Source: Candidatus Latescibacterota bacterium (GTDB taxonomy: Bacteria; Latescibacterota; UBA2968; SICM01). Taken from it: a stretch of DNA of 64,000 bases. Below are positions 19,946 through 29,800 of this stretch, piece after piece. Below the pieces are notes generated by a model that was not told the origin of the DNA, did not search any database, and was given only the letters and a program-made list of their open reading frames with translations. The stretch's first letter is position 1; every line of letters begins with the position of its first letter. The stretch is taken from assembly GCA_965217865.1 (NCBI GenBank), contig CBDCJO010000002.1:1600001-1664000 (forward strand), written 5' to 3'. The translations under genes and the position numbers were made by a program.

Positions 19946-21670
19946 TCATATCACACCGGAAGGCCTCTTCTTAGGCGTGCTGTCCGGCCTGATGGGTGTG
20001 ACCTTGGCGACGTTTTCAGGATCATAGTCGAGGAGTTTCAGCCAGTCTTCAGCGTTGTCGGTGGGTGGGAAAATTTCGTTTTCGTTATACTCCCGAGTCA
20101 CCGCGTCGATCATGTCATCGAGGGAAACCCCTCCCTCCTCCCGGGTGGCGATCGCCCGCTTGATCGCAAGTTCCTTCGCACGCTGTACGATCGAGGCGAT
20201 GATCGCGCCGCTGGCAAGATCGCCTCGATGAAGGAGGTCACGCCGTCCGCTGCGAAGGATCACTTCAACGAACTGGGTGTCCTCGCGTTTCGCAAAAAGT
20301 TCGTCGTTCGTTCGTTTGATCAACTCCACCACCGCAGATTCCGGATCTCCACCGTGGGCATCAAGAAGGTCCGGATGGATCGGCAGGTCCGGAGTCAGGT
20401 AGATTGGGAAGATATCCTGTGAGGACGACTTATCGGGCCGCTTGACTTTGATCTTTCTGTCTATACGACCGGCTCGGAGAATGGCCGGGTCAATCAGGTC
20501 CGGTCGGTTCGACGCGAGGATGATGATGACATCCTGGAGAGACTCTATCCCGTCCATCTCCGAACAGAACATAGGGACAACCGTGTTTGAGATGTTGTGA
20601 GAACGGATCGCCCTGCGAGTGCCCAAGACGGACTCGGCTTCGTCGATGAATACCACCGGAAGGAAACCCTCTTTCCTCTTTTCCCGAGCCCGGGCGAATA
20701 TCTCTCGAACGGTTCGTTCCGATTCACCCAGCCACATGTTCAGGATTTCGGGCCCTTTGATGTGTAAGAAACATTCCCTTCGACGCTCACCACTGATCTC
20801 GTTGAGCTGACGCACCAGATTATATGCCGTGGATTTTCCTATGAGTGTTTTGCCGCACCCGGGCGGACCATACAGGAGAAACCCTTTGGGGGTGCTGTAC
20901 TGAAACCGGCTGAAAAGATCAGGATGGAGTACGGGCATCTCGATGGTGTCTTTGATTGCCTGAATCGCATCCCGCTGGCCCCCAATTTTGCTCCACGGGA
21001 GTTCAGGAATGTCCTCTAAGTAATAGTCCTTCGCTTCCGGGGTCGTGAGTTGCTCCAAGGCCACCCTGAAGGAGGGGTCAATTCGGATGTCCTGGCCCAC
21101 CTTCAATCGCGCTTTTTTAAGGTCCGACGACCGCTCAAGCACCACGGCCTGGATTCCGTGTTCCTGGCCGACTCTGAGCCGTCCTTTGGATAGAATGTCA
21201 ATGATCTTTCCAACCGGTCCCGAAGGATTGTAGCCCAGATCCCCGACGACGGCATAAGCTTCGTTGACCAGTACGCGTGTGCCTACCTTTAAGTCTTCGA
21301 TCTGCAATCGGGAATCCACATTTGTGTAATAGTCGGCTCCACCCACCGAGATATAAGCGATTCCCTCTTTTGGGGATCCGAGATAGGTTCCGATCCGATT
21401 TGCCGGTCCCGTCACCTTTTCCAGAGCCGCCTCCATCTCCACGATGGCTTTACGGGCTTCCTGGAATGTAATCTGATCCTCCTGGAGCTGACGTCTCAGT
21501 TGCGTCAGAACCGCCCGGGCCCGCTTGTCCTTCTCTCCCACCATGGAGATCAACTGGTCAATCAGGGAGAGCGACTCAAAGGTATACTCCATGTCCTGAT
21601 AGTCCTGGAGGAAATCCTCTACGGATTTCCGCTGCCTGTTCTGACCTTTGGAGCGCTGGATGGGAATCAC
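19946..21670 (-). CDS. arc: Proteasomal AAA+ ATPase (ARC/Mpa)
   Basis: Coiled coil, OB domains, GPPGCGKT, VFIDEAE, SNRPDLIDPAILRAGRID. Confidence 0.9.
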   Translation of the reverse strand: MIPIQRSKGQNRQRKSVEDFLQDYQDMEYTFESLSLIDQLISMVGEKDKRARAVLTQLRRQLQEDQITFQEARKAIVEMEAALEKVTGPANRIGTYLGSPKEGIAYISVGGADYYTNVDSRLQIEDLKVGTRVLVNEAYAVVGDLGYNPSGPVGKIIDILSKGRLRVGQEHGIQAVVLERSSDLKKARLKVGQDIRIDPSFRVALEQLTTPEAKDYYLEDIPELPWSKIGGQRDAIQAIKDTIEMPVLHPDLFSRFQYSTPKGFLLYGPPGCGKTLIGKSTAYNLVRQLNEISGERRRECFLHIKGPEILNMWLGESERTVREIFARAREKRKEGFLPVVFIDEAESVLGTRRAIRSHNISNTVVPMFCSEMDGIESLQDVIIILASNRPDLIDPAILRAGRIDRKIKVKRPDKSSSQDIFPIYLTPDLPIHPDLLDAHGGDPESAVVELIKRTNDELFAKREDTQFVEVILRSGRRDLLHRGDLASGAIIASIVQRAKELAIKRAIATREEGGVSLDDMIDAVTREYNENEIFPPTDNAEDWLKLLDYDPENVAKVTPIRPDSTPKKRPSGVI

Positions 21671-21737
21671 CTCTCTCGAAGGAATGCAGAGGAATGACTT
21701 GATGTTCGAAATCGCAAAAAGTTACGAAAGTTCAAAT

Positions 21738-21766
21738 ATTGTACCAAACTTATCAGAAGATGTCAA
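21738..21766 (-). promoter_or_regulatory. sigma70 promoter of the proteasome operon
   Basis: TTGACA-17-TACAAT. Confidence 0.65.
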
Positions 21767-21839
21767 ACAAAAATAGAGCCCGGTGTGTGAACACAAGTCG
21801 ACAATAATCAAGAACTCGGAAGCTGCGTTGGGTACAGGG

Positions 21840-22892
21840 CTACAAGGTTTTTAGAACGGGCCTGACCACGAACAGATGGGCGCGGAAGCCCCCTCTGCGA
21901 ATCGGCCTGCGGGTTTCAATAACGAGTTCAGATCGACGGCGCAACTGGTCGGCGAGAAGCTGATTCTCCACAGCCAAAAGGAGTGCTCTTCCTGTTGGTT
22001 TCAATAGACGGATGATCTCCCGGATAACGCTCCGGTAAAGGGACCGGCTTATCTGAACGTCGCCTGTTTTATTTCCAAAGGGGAGGCTGGTGACGATGGC
22101 GTCGACAGAGTTGTGTTTTAGGGGAAGTCGCCGGGGATCCCACCGGCAGACGCAAGCCCTGTCCTCGGAGAGATGAGGTCTGTGTGCCTTGAGGGATCTG
22201 AGTTCGACATCGCCTGCGAGAAGGGCCCCGACAGGTCCTGCCTTCTCCCTTTCGATCAGGATCTCACCCGAAGCACACAGAGGGTCAAGGAATACGTCGT
22301 CAGGTCGAATTCCGGCCCAGAGTACCATGCCTGCTGCAACGGTTGAGGAGAGTGAAGATTCGATGGAATCTTCCGTAACGCCAAGGGATTGTTCCGTGCA
22401 ACCAACCCCCACCCATCCTGCTTCTGAACCAACGGTCAAATGGATGGGGGTCCCGATTCCGGAGGGCCCGGGCCGGGCCCCCAGGGTGGCCTGAAGCATC
22501 CAGGTCACTTCAGATCTGAAATCAGGATAGCTAACACCCAGTGTGGGATCCAGCTCGATGGTCAGACAAAACCGTTTGCCCCGTGCATCGTTTGAAATTT
22601 CACGATCCCGGTTCCAGGAGGATAGCTCGACCTGGGAAGCCAAATTTTGCATCATCTTATCCAGGCTGTGACTCGATAAGAAGACGCCGAGCATCCGGAA
22701 TACCCCATCCGCCACCCTCAACCTGAGTAGCGGGTCCAGCGGACCCTCGTAGTCCAGTTCCACCGCCCCTTCGGTCAAGACCGCAGCGTCCCTTACACCC
22801 GGGAGAGCGGCGACGTATCGAACAACGACCTGTTCGAATCCGAAAGGAACCTGAAGGACATATTTTTGTGGGGTGAAAAATCCGTCCGCCAT
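21840..22892 (-). CDS. UPF0020/THUMP-like RNA methyltransferase
   Basis: VFLDPLCASGEILIE, IVTSLPFG; GGAGG before ATG 22892. Confidence 0.7.
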   Translation of the reverse strand: MADGFFTPQKYVLQVPFGFEQVVVRYVAALPGVRDAAVLTEGAVELDYEGPLDPLLRLRVADGVFRMLGVFLSSHSLDKMMQNLASQVELSSWNRDREISNDARGKRFCLTIELDPTLGVSYPDFRSEVTWMLQATLGARPGPSGIGTPIHLTVGSEAGWVGVGCTEQSLGVTEDSIESSLSSTVAAGMVLWAGIRPDDVFLDPLCASGEILIEREKAGPVGALLAGDVELRSLKAHRPHLSEDRACVCRWDPRRLPLKHNSVDAIVTSLPFGNKTGDVQISRSLYRSVIREIIRLLKPTGRALLLAVENQLLADQLRRRSELVIETRRPIRRGGFRAHLFVVRPVLKTL

Positions 22893-23658
22893 CGGCCTCC
22901 GTGTCAAACGACTGGATTGAAAAGCTAGGATCTTCCTAATTTTTGGTAGAAAACGAGGTTCTGTGAGGCGACGCATCTGCGGGCCAACGGCCCGAGATTC
23001 CTTGGCCCAGTCCAACGGACTGGGTTAGAATGTGGGCGAATCTAGCGGGCCAACGGTCCGCGATCCGGTATCGCTGCCTTTCAGGCCGCACGGCGCTATT
23101 GCTTCCAAGGACCCAGTGAGGCTCACCTGGGTTGAGGGACAACGCGCCGTTGGCGCTGAAAGAAGACCCTGACTTTTGTCTCGGCTTCTCGATTAGCTCG
23201 AAGGCCCGGATGTCAATCGCAAAGACAGGGTCCACTATATTCCACGGAGAAACAAAGGCTAAACCATTCCGTGTCAGTTGCGTGCCTTTGGAGAAAAAAT
23301 AAAACATTCCAACAAACGTCGCTACTGGATTTTCTCTTGATCCAGGCAGGTGAACGGATGCGGGGTTCCGGGGGGTTCGGTTCCTGGGGTAACCGCCAAG
23401 ATATCCACCGATGATTGGTTCGGTCACCTTGACAGTTGTGGTGCAGATCGATCTGGAGTATATTTTTAAAAGGATATGATGTTTCCATCTGTGAGGGAGA
23501 AAAGTGGCGGGTCCGGGAATCTGCCGAGAGAGCCGGTTGAAGTGTGAGGTGAGTTGAGCAGGAGGATTTACATCGGTCTCTGGGTGCATCCATCTATGAG
23601 TCTTACAGGGGTAAGCCCAAAATGTCAAGGAATCATGGAGCCTGGATGGGATAAAAGG

Positions 23659-23697
23659 AAAAAGCCACCCTCACGTCCCTGTGGGGGCGGCTTTTTA
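23659..23697. terminator. Bidirectional rho-independent terminator
   Basis: AAAAAGCCACCCTCAC...GTGGGGGCGGCTTTTT. Confidence 0.65.
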
Positions 23698-23761
23698 TTG
23701 AGACGGCATCCTCGCTCCTGCGCATGTTCACGTCTCAACAAAGCATCGCGGGTTTACGGTT

Positions 23762-24322
23762 TCAACCCGATATTGCGAACTGGTCTCGGCGGTAAAGCTT
23801 CGCCCGGTGGATTTCACTCCCTATTTCGTTCGTGAGATAGACTTTGTAAGGCTGGCCGTTCACTTTCCTGTATTCATATCCCATAACGCCTCTCTTGAGG
23901 AGAGTCGAAAGGGTTTGTAAAAAAATTTCCTGATCTTCCGGGGACAGGCCATCCAACGCATCGTAAAGGTTGGCCATTCCTCCGGACCCCGAATCAAAGA
24001 CCATATCCAGTGCGTTGATCGGATTTCGTCGAAGGTTGTCGTTCGAAACACCCCTGTCGTCTTCATCAAATGATATTACGGAGAACAGAAAGGTTAATTC
24101 ATTGCGATTGAAGTCGAAGCCATCGCTCAGAAGTCGGTCCATCTCAGATCTGCCTTCCGGGGTGAGTCGGCTCGTTAATCTATCCAGGTCAAGGTAGCGG
24201 AGTTCGAGCCTGTCCGAAATCCCCTCCGGATTCTTGGGCATGAGGGTTTCAGTGGCGCCCGTATCCTTATCCCATTCGAAGGCCGGTGTCCGTTCGGCAT
24301 CGATCAAGTCTGAGATTATCAT
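23762..24322 (-). CDS. Hypothetical protein
   Basis: ATGA overlap with the upstream small ORF. Confidence 0.55.
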   Translation of the reverse strand: MIISDLIDAERTPAFEWDKDTGATETLMPKNPEGISDRLELRYLDLDRLTSRLTPEGRSEMDRLLSDGFDFNRNELTFLFSVISFDEDDRGVSNDNLRRNPINALDMVFDSGSGGMANLYDALDGLSPEDQEIFLQTLSTLLKRGVMGYEYRKVNGQPYKVYLTNEIGSEIHRAKLYRRDQFAISG

Positions 24323-24504
24323 CGGACCTCTGGTATGGATTTCCTGAAAGAAGTGGCCATCAGGAGTACAATACCCATGACGCCCAGCATCGTCCCTGTA
24401 AAAAACCAGGACTCGGGCCTCCGGTTCATATCGAGGGCGATTCTGCTGCAGAGGAAGCCTGAAACGATGTGGATTCCCAGCGCGACTAAAAATATCCATT
24501 CCAT
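24319..24504 (-). CDS. Small two-TM membrane protein
   Basis: Two hydrophobic segments, SWFFTGTMLGVMGIVLL; GGAGGA RBS. Confidence 0.6.
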   Translation of the reverse strand: MEWIFLVALGIHIVSGFLCSRIALDMNRRPESWFFTGTMLGVMGIVLLMATSFRKSIPEVR

Positions 24505-24571
24505 TCTGAGATCCTCCTCCGCGGTGAAGTTAGAATTTATATGTTGTATGTCTTAGTATCATCTGGTCTAT

Positions 24572-24598
24572 ATATCGACTGAATTAGACATACCTTGA
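24572..24598 (-). promoter_or_regulatory. Possible sigma28-type promoter
   Basis: TCAA-N15-GTCGATAT. Confidence 0.4.
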
Positions 24599-24711
24599 GG
24601 CAGGATGGAATCGATTATGGGCTTCTTATACGATTATGTCAGGGTAAACCCCCAACTTGTATTCGCGTAAATTCTATAATCATTTATATTTAATAGGCTT
24701 AGGAACTGGAT

Positions 24712-25520
24712 ATGGCATTGTCTGAAGACCAATTAGATTTCTTCCGTGAGAATGGATTTATCCGCTTGGAAGGGGTTTACGAGCCGGATGAGTTGGGATT
24801 AATGAGCGAGGATCTGGATTACATCATTCAGACGTTTGCAAACTGGGGGGCGGCTTGGCGGGGTCCATGGCGAAAAAATATCTGAAAGACGAGGCGGAAG
24901 GCCAAAAAGCCACCCTGGTCGCCATCCACGAACTGCAGCACTATTCTGCTGTTTGGACCGGGGCGTTGACGAATAGGGAACTAGCCGATGCCGTTGCGGC
25001 ACTGTTGGATACAGATGCCTTGGAGCTTCATCACTGCACCCTTCACGCAAAACCCCCGACAGTGGGGGCGCCGTTTCCCATGCATCAGGATCTCCCCTTC
25101 TATTCCCATTCCGATGGGCGATACGTTGACGCCTTAGTCCACTTAGACGATGCGGATGAAACAAGCGGATGTATTAAAATCCTCTCAGGGAGCCACAAAC
25201 CGGGCCCACTGGAGCACATCACCGGTCCGGATACCGCGCCCCATCTTCCTACGGATAAGTATCGTTTAGAAGATGCCGTCTTTGTACCCGCCAAAGCAGG
25301 GGACGTGATTCTGTTTCATTTGTGGACGATACACGGCTCGGCTGTGAACAACGGTGGGGGGTGGCGCCGCCTGGTGCGGTTGGGTTATCGCGATCCGCGC
25401 AACCTTCAGGTGGCGGGACAGGCCCTGGGAAGGCCCGGGATCATGGTAAAAGGCGTCCGTCCGGAGATCCCCGGGGCGGAGGTAAACGTGTACGGAAACT
25501 GGGCTCCGCCGGCCAAATAG
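24712..25520 (+). pseudogene. PhyH-family Fe/2OG dioxygenase with a frameshift at A6 (24873-24878)
   Basis: MALSEDQLDFFRENGF...WRGPWR in one frame, then KYLKDE...HQD...HGS in another; one extra A restores WRKKY. Confidence 0.75.
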
Positions 25521-25626
25521 CGATGATTTTTTCTCGGGGCGTCGTTTTTGATCCGGTCATACAGAGCGTATAAGCAAGATCTCAATCCCTAGGATTATAT
25601 AAGAACGGAGGAGGTGTTAAGGTTTC

Positions 25627-26904
25627 GTGATTGAAGTAGGTGCAGATCTTCCCCAAGACCGGACAATTCTGATCGGTGTCTGTCTTCCAGGGACGGACCG
25701 TCGTGAAACGGAGGAAACTCTGGATGAGTTGGCCGGATTGGCCGAGACCGCGGGGGTACAGGTGGTCGGAAGGGTGGTTCAGGAGCGCTCTGCTCCGAAC
25801 CGGACAACCTTCATCGGGAGTGGCAAGGTTCGGGAGGTTGGCCGGATGCTGGAGGAAACGGACGCCAACCTTCTGATCTTCGACGATGATCTATCTCCCG
25901 CTCAATCCCGCAATCTGGAAAAGGAGGTTGAGGTCCGGGTCCTGGATCGGAGTGGCCTCATCCTGGACATTTTCGCCGCCCATGCCCGGTCGGCCGAATC
26001 ACGGAAACAGGTGGAGCTTGCCCAACTCGAATATCTGTTGCCTCGGTTGACCCGACAATGGACGCATCTGTCCCGGCAGGTGAGTTCCGCGGGGGGTATT
26101 ACCGGGGGCATTGGGACGCGAGGTCCGGGGGAGACTCAACTCGAGGTGGACCGGAGGGCGGTCCGCAAGCGAATCGGAGAGTTGACCCTTGCCCTGAAGC
26201 GAATCGAGCGGCAGCGAGAGACGGGCAGGAAGAGGCGGAAAGGAGTTTACCAAATTTCCCTGGTGGGTTATACGAATGCCGGAAAATCCACGTTGATGCG
26301 AGCACTGTCGGGTGCGGATGTAACGGTGGAGAACCAGCTGTTTTCGACACTCGACTCTACCACCCGGGCGATTTCTCTGGGATACAATCGTCAGGTCCTC
26401 CTGACCGATACCGTGGGTTTCATCCGAAAACTACCGGCTCATCTGATCGCGTCTTTTCGAAGTACCCTCGAGGAGACGGTTCGGGCGGATCTGTTGCTCC
26501 ACGTGGTCGATGTCAGCCATCCTGCGTTCGCAGAGCATATCTCTGCGGTGAATGAGATCCTTGAGGATCTCGACATCGCGGGACATCCCACCCTGTTGGT
26601 CTTCAACAAGATCGATCGATTGTCCGATCCCGCGGAGATGCCCCCTTTGAGGCAATACGGAGATGCGGTGACAGTCTCGGGGGTAACCGGTGCTGGAATG
26701 GAAGGATTGAAGGAAAGGCTTTACGAGAGACTGGAAAAGGGACGGGTGGTTCTCCAACTCCGGGTAGGACAGGACGAGGGGCGGCTCCTTTCGGAACTCC
26801 ACGCGGTGGGAGAGATCATGGAGCGGTCCTACGAGGGAAATTACGTGCTGCTCAAGGTCAAACTCCCGGGTAATGAGGCAAGGCGGTTGCAGTTGGTGGG
26901 ATAG
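25627..26904 (+). CDS. hflX: GTPase HflX
   Basis: RGPGETQLEVDRR, GYTNAGKST, DTVGFI, NKID. Confidence 0.95.
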   Translation: MIEVGADLPQDRTILIGVCLPGTDRRETEETLDELAGLAETAGVQVVGRVVQERSAPNRTTFIGSGKVREVGRMLEETDANLLIFDDDLSPAQSRNLEKEVEVRVLDRSGLILDIFAAHARSAESRKQVELAQLEYLLPRLTRQWTHLSRQVSSAGGITGGIGTRGPGETQLEVDRRAVRKRIGELTLALKRIERQRETGRKRRKGVYQISLVGYTNAGKSTLMRALSGADVTVENQLFSTLDSTTRAISLGYNRQVLLTDTVGFIRKLPAHLIASFRSTLEETVRADLLLHVVDVSHPAFAEHISAVNEILEDLDIAGHPTLLVFNKIDRLSDPAEMPPLRQYGDAVTVSGVTGAGMEGLKERLYERLEKGRVVLQLRVGQDEGRLLSELHAVGEIMERSYEGNYVLLKVKLPGNEARRLQLVG

Positions 26905-26942
26905 GAAAGGATAAAAAGAAAGGGAGGTGTGGCTCTCTCTTG

Positions 26943-28103
26943 CTATTTCGTTACGGCCACGACCTTCTCGGCTGCTTCTTTCAAGGCCCGTGCTACGGAA
27001 AAATCGAGGCCTGACTCCTCCAGGATGCGGGTCCCTTCATCTGCATTTGTCCCTTCGAGGCGGACCACGACCGGAACCATCACGTGCACGTTCCTCAGGG
27101 CCTGGACGACCCCTTCCGCCACCCTGTCACAACGGACGATCCCACCAAAGATGTTGATGAGCACGGCCTTCACGTTGGGGTCGGACATCAGGATGCGGAA
27201 TCCGTTCTCCACGGACTCCACATTGGCTCCCCCGCCCACATCGAGGAAATTGGCTGGAGATTCCCCCGCAAACTTGATGATGTCCATCGTCGCCATAGCC
27301 AAACCCGCGCCGTTGACCATACAGCCCACAGAGCCGTCCAGTTTGATGTAGTTAAGCCCGAATTTTGAGGCTTCGACCTCCAGGGGCTCCTCTTCGTCCA
27401 GATCCCGGAGTTCCGAAAGTTTGGGATGTCGGTTCAGGGCATTATCATCAAGATTGATCTTGGCGTCCAGAGCCAGGATCTCACCCCCTCGAGTCCGGAC
27501 CAAAGGATTGATCTCAACGAGCGAGAAGTCGCTCTGGATAAAAGCCTGATACAGGGCCTGGATCAATTGCGCACCCTTCCTAACCAATCCCCCGGACAGA
27601 CCCAATCCGAAACTTAACCTCCTGGCCTGGAAGGCCTGGAGGCCGACGGCCGGATCCACGGTCTCTTTCATGATTTTTTCAGGCGTTTCGGAGGCCACCT
27701 GTTCGATGTCCATTCCGCCGGCCTGTGATGCCATGACGACCAGGCAGGATTTTGACCGGTCGAGGACCATTCCGATATAGAGCTCCTGATCGATCTCAAT
27801 GCCTTCCTCAATCAACACCCGCTTGACGATCCGTCCTTCGGGCCCCGTCTGATGCGTGACCAGCCGCATTCCCAGGATTTGGGAAGACAAGTCCCGAACC
27901 TCCGAAGGGCTGTGCGCGAGCTTGATCCCCCCTCCCTTCCCACGGCCGCCTGCGTGGATCTGAGCCTTCACCACCATCGTATCGCCGCCCAAATCCTGAG
28001 CGATCTTTTCAGCCTCCGCCGGTAAGAATGCCACGCCTCCGCGTGGAATGGGGATACCGTATTCCTTCAGGAGATCCTTCGCCTGATATTCGTGAATTTT
28101 CAT
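26943..28103 (-). CDS. sucC: Succinyl-CoA synthetase beta subunit
   Basis: MKIHEYQAK, GGRGKGGG, NGAGLAMATMD, NIFGGIVRCD. Confidence 0.96.
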   Translation of the reverse strand: MKIHEYQAKDLLKEYGIPIPRGGVAFLPAEAEKIAQDLGGDTMVVKAQIHAGGRGKGGGIKLAHSPSEVRDLSSQILGMRLVTHQTGPEGRIVKRVLIEEGIEIDQELYIGMVLDRSKSCLVVMASQAGGMDIEQVASETPEKIMKETVDPAVGLQAFQARRLSFGLGLSGGLVRKGAQLIQALYQAFIQSDFSLVEINPLVRTRGGEILALDAKINLDDNALNRHPKLSELRDLDEEEPLEVEASKFGLNYIKLDGSVGCMVNGAGLAMATMDIIKFAGESPANFLDVGGGANVESVENGFRILMSDPNVKAVLINIFGGIVRCDRVAEGVVQALRNVHVMVPVVVRLEGTNADEGTRILEESGLDFSVARALKEAAEKVVAVTK

Positions 28104-28141
28104 CTGGCCACCGTGGGAGAATGGAGTTAAACGTTCATGTC

Positions 28142-28182
28142 AAAAAGAGGCCGCCTTCCGATTCGCGGAGGCGGCCTCTTTT
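28142..28182 (-). terminator. Rho-independent terminator
   Basis: AAAAGAGGCCGCCTTCCG...CGGAGGCGGCCTCTTTT. Confidence 0.7.
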
Positions 28183-28202
28183 ACGCGATAGATATCAAAA
28201 TC

Positions 28203-28541
28203 CTATGCTACGAAATCGACTTTTGTACCGGTGGTGCCGTTGTGAGGAGGATGGTTCTCCCCTTCCTCAGGTTCCTGTTTTTGTCTTCTTTGTTCCCGGG
28301 CTTGAGGACTTTCGGAAACTCCTTTTTGGTCTGGATGGATCACCTTATCCTCGGTCTGATCAAAAGCCAGAGGTCGACCCTGGTCCATGGCGATCTGCTG
28401 GGCGTTGGCCGAGGCGATTTGGACTTGATTTATGTCTGGACGGTGCAGATCGAGGCTTAGTTGCCGCGCCCCCTGCACGGCGGCTCGAGCGAAGCTGTCC
28501 TGAAATTCGACCGACCGAATCAACATATCCTTCCCCACCAT
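28203..28541 (-). CDS. Hypothetical hydrophilic protein ending GTKVDFVA
   Basis: Own promoter and terminator. Confidence 0.55.
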   Translation of the reverse strand: MVGKDMLIRSVEFQDSFARAAVQGARQLSLDLHRPDINQVQIASANAQQIAMDQGRPLAFDQTEDKVIHPDQKGVSESPQAREQRRQKQEPEEGENHPPHNGTTGTKVDFVA

Positions 28542-28579
28542 CTGAAAATTGGAAAACAGATATTGAGGTATCTATCTCA

Positions 28580-28608
28580 AATATAAAGAGATCCTCATAT
28601 GTTGTCAA
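28580..28608 (-). promoter_or_regulatory. sigma70 promoter
   Basis: TTGACA-17-TATATT. Confidence 0.6.
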
Positions 28609-28655
28609 TCTTAAAATTTCAACGCCCCACGGGTATTCAGGTTCCAATCGGAGGA

Positions 28656-29663
28656 TTAAGATTTCACCTTAACCGGTATGCCCCCCTGTCTTGCAGACTC
28701 CCAGGCGGACTCGGTCAATTCGATGACGCGCAGACCGCAAACGGGAGGGACCTGCACTGTGTCCCGGCCGAGGATAGAATCGATGAAATTTTTATCCGGC
28801 GAAGAAAATCCAGTGGGGAGCCCCTGCGGTCGATAGACTTCATTTGACCCCAAAAAAACGATGGATAGTTCTCCATTTCGAAGGTAGATGGACCCTTTTG
28901 ATCCCCAGATGGTGATGTCTTCCCAAATGCCGCCACCGGACCCGTTTCCAACGATGGAGAAGTTACCCAGAGCTCCGTTGACGAATCTGATCGAGAGGGC
29001 GGTATTGACGTCCACCTCCCCTCCGAAGTCCTCGATGAAGGCCGAGACTTCGTCTACCTGCATGCCTGTGGTCCAGAGGGCGATGTCCAGCAGGTGGCTA
29101 CCGGAGTCGTTCAACTGTCCTCCGCCGGACAGGACCAGCTCCTGACGCCACGACCCACGTGTCGCGCGGAGCCAATTCTGATCTTGGAGGGCGTTGATGA
29201 ACTCAACTTCGCCGATGTCCCCCCCTTGAATCGAATTCCGGATAAATCTGTAGTTTCCACCGAAGTGACGCTGGTAAGAGACCATGAGGATTTTATTAAC
29301 ATCTGCTGCTTTGGCGATCACCTGTCTGGCGTGATCCACCGTGCAGACCATCGGTTTCTCCGAGAGGACGTGGAGACCGGAATCCAGGGAAGTCATGATC
29401 TGTTCGAAGTGAAGGGTATGGGGGGTCGAGATCACTACAGCATCCAGATTAACCTTCTCGAGCATCTCGGTGTAGTCTCCAAAGGTGGGGATTCCTTTGA
29501 CGTTTTTATCTTTCAGGCCCCAATCGAAGAGGCGATCCCGACTTTTCTCATTGGGTTCGCTGAAGCCCGCAACCTCTACGTCTTTCCCGAGCGTTTCCAA
29601 CACCCTTTTCACGTGGCCGGCCCCGTTTCCCCCGCAACCGATGAATCCCAAACGGATTATCAT
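28656..29663 (-). CDS. Gfo/Idh/MocA oxidoreductase
   Basis: IGCGG, SEKPM, GGGQLNDSGSHLLD. Confidence 0.9.
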   Translation of the reverse strand: MIIRLGFIGCGGNGAGHVKRVLETLGKDVEVAGFSEPNEKSRDRLFDWGLKDKNVKGIPTFGDYTEMLEKVNLDAVVISTPHTLHFEQIMTSLDSGLHVLSEKPMVCTVDHARQVIAKAADVNKILMVSYQRHFGGNYRFIRNSIQGGDIGEVEFINALQDQNWLRATRGSWRQELVLSGGGQLNDSGSHLLDIALWTTGMQVDEVSAFIEDFGGEVDVNTALSIRFVNGALGNFSIVGNGSGGGIWEDITIWGSKGSIYLRNGELSIVFLGSNEVYRPQGLPTGFSSPDKNFIDSILGRDTVQVPPVCGLRVIELTESAWESARQGGIPVKVKS

Positions 29664-29800
29664 CGCAGTGACTCCTGAGTAAAAGATTGAGCGGATCCAA
29701 AAGCAGAAATAAGGGTCTCCGCCTCCATAGCCTTAAGCCTATCTACAGACGTCGTTTCAATCAGGTTTGCCATACGGTTCCCGGTTTGAATCACCGTGTG

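Noticed and set aside
23040-23260. c-di-GMP-I, SAM-I or glycine riboswitch
   Set aside because: Only isolated sub-motifs (CGCAAAG, GAGGGAC, CTTTCAGG) are present, in the wrong order or without partner elements.
23340-23620. 6S RNA (ACCGAACCAA...TTGGCGGT on the minus strand)
   Set aside because: No complementary 5' strand to close the long 6S rod could be found.
22936-23628. 230-aa ORF on the minus strand
   Set aside because: No RBS or recognisable motifs; it spans promoter-like and structured intergenic DNA.
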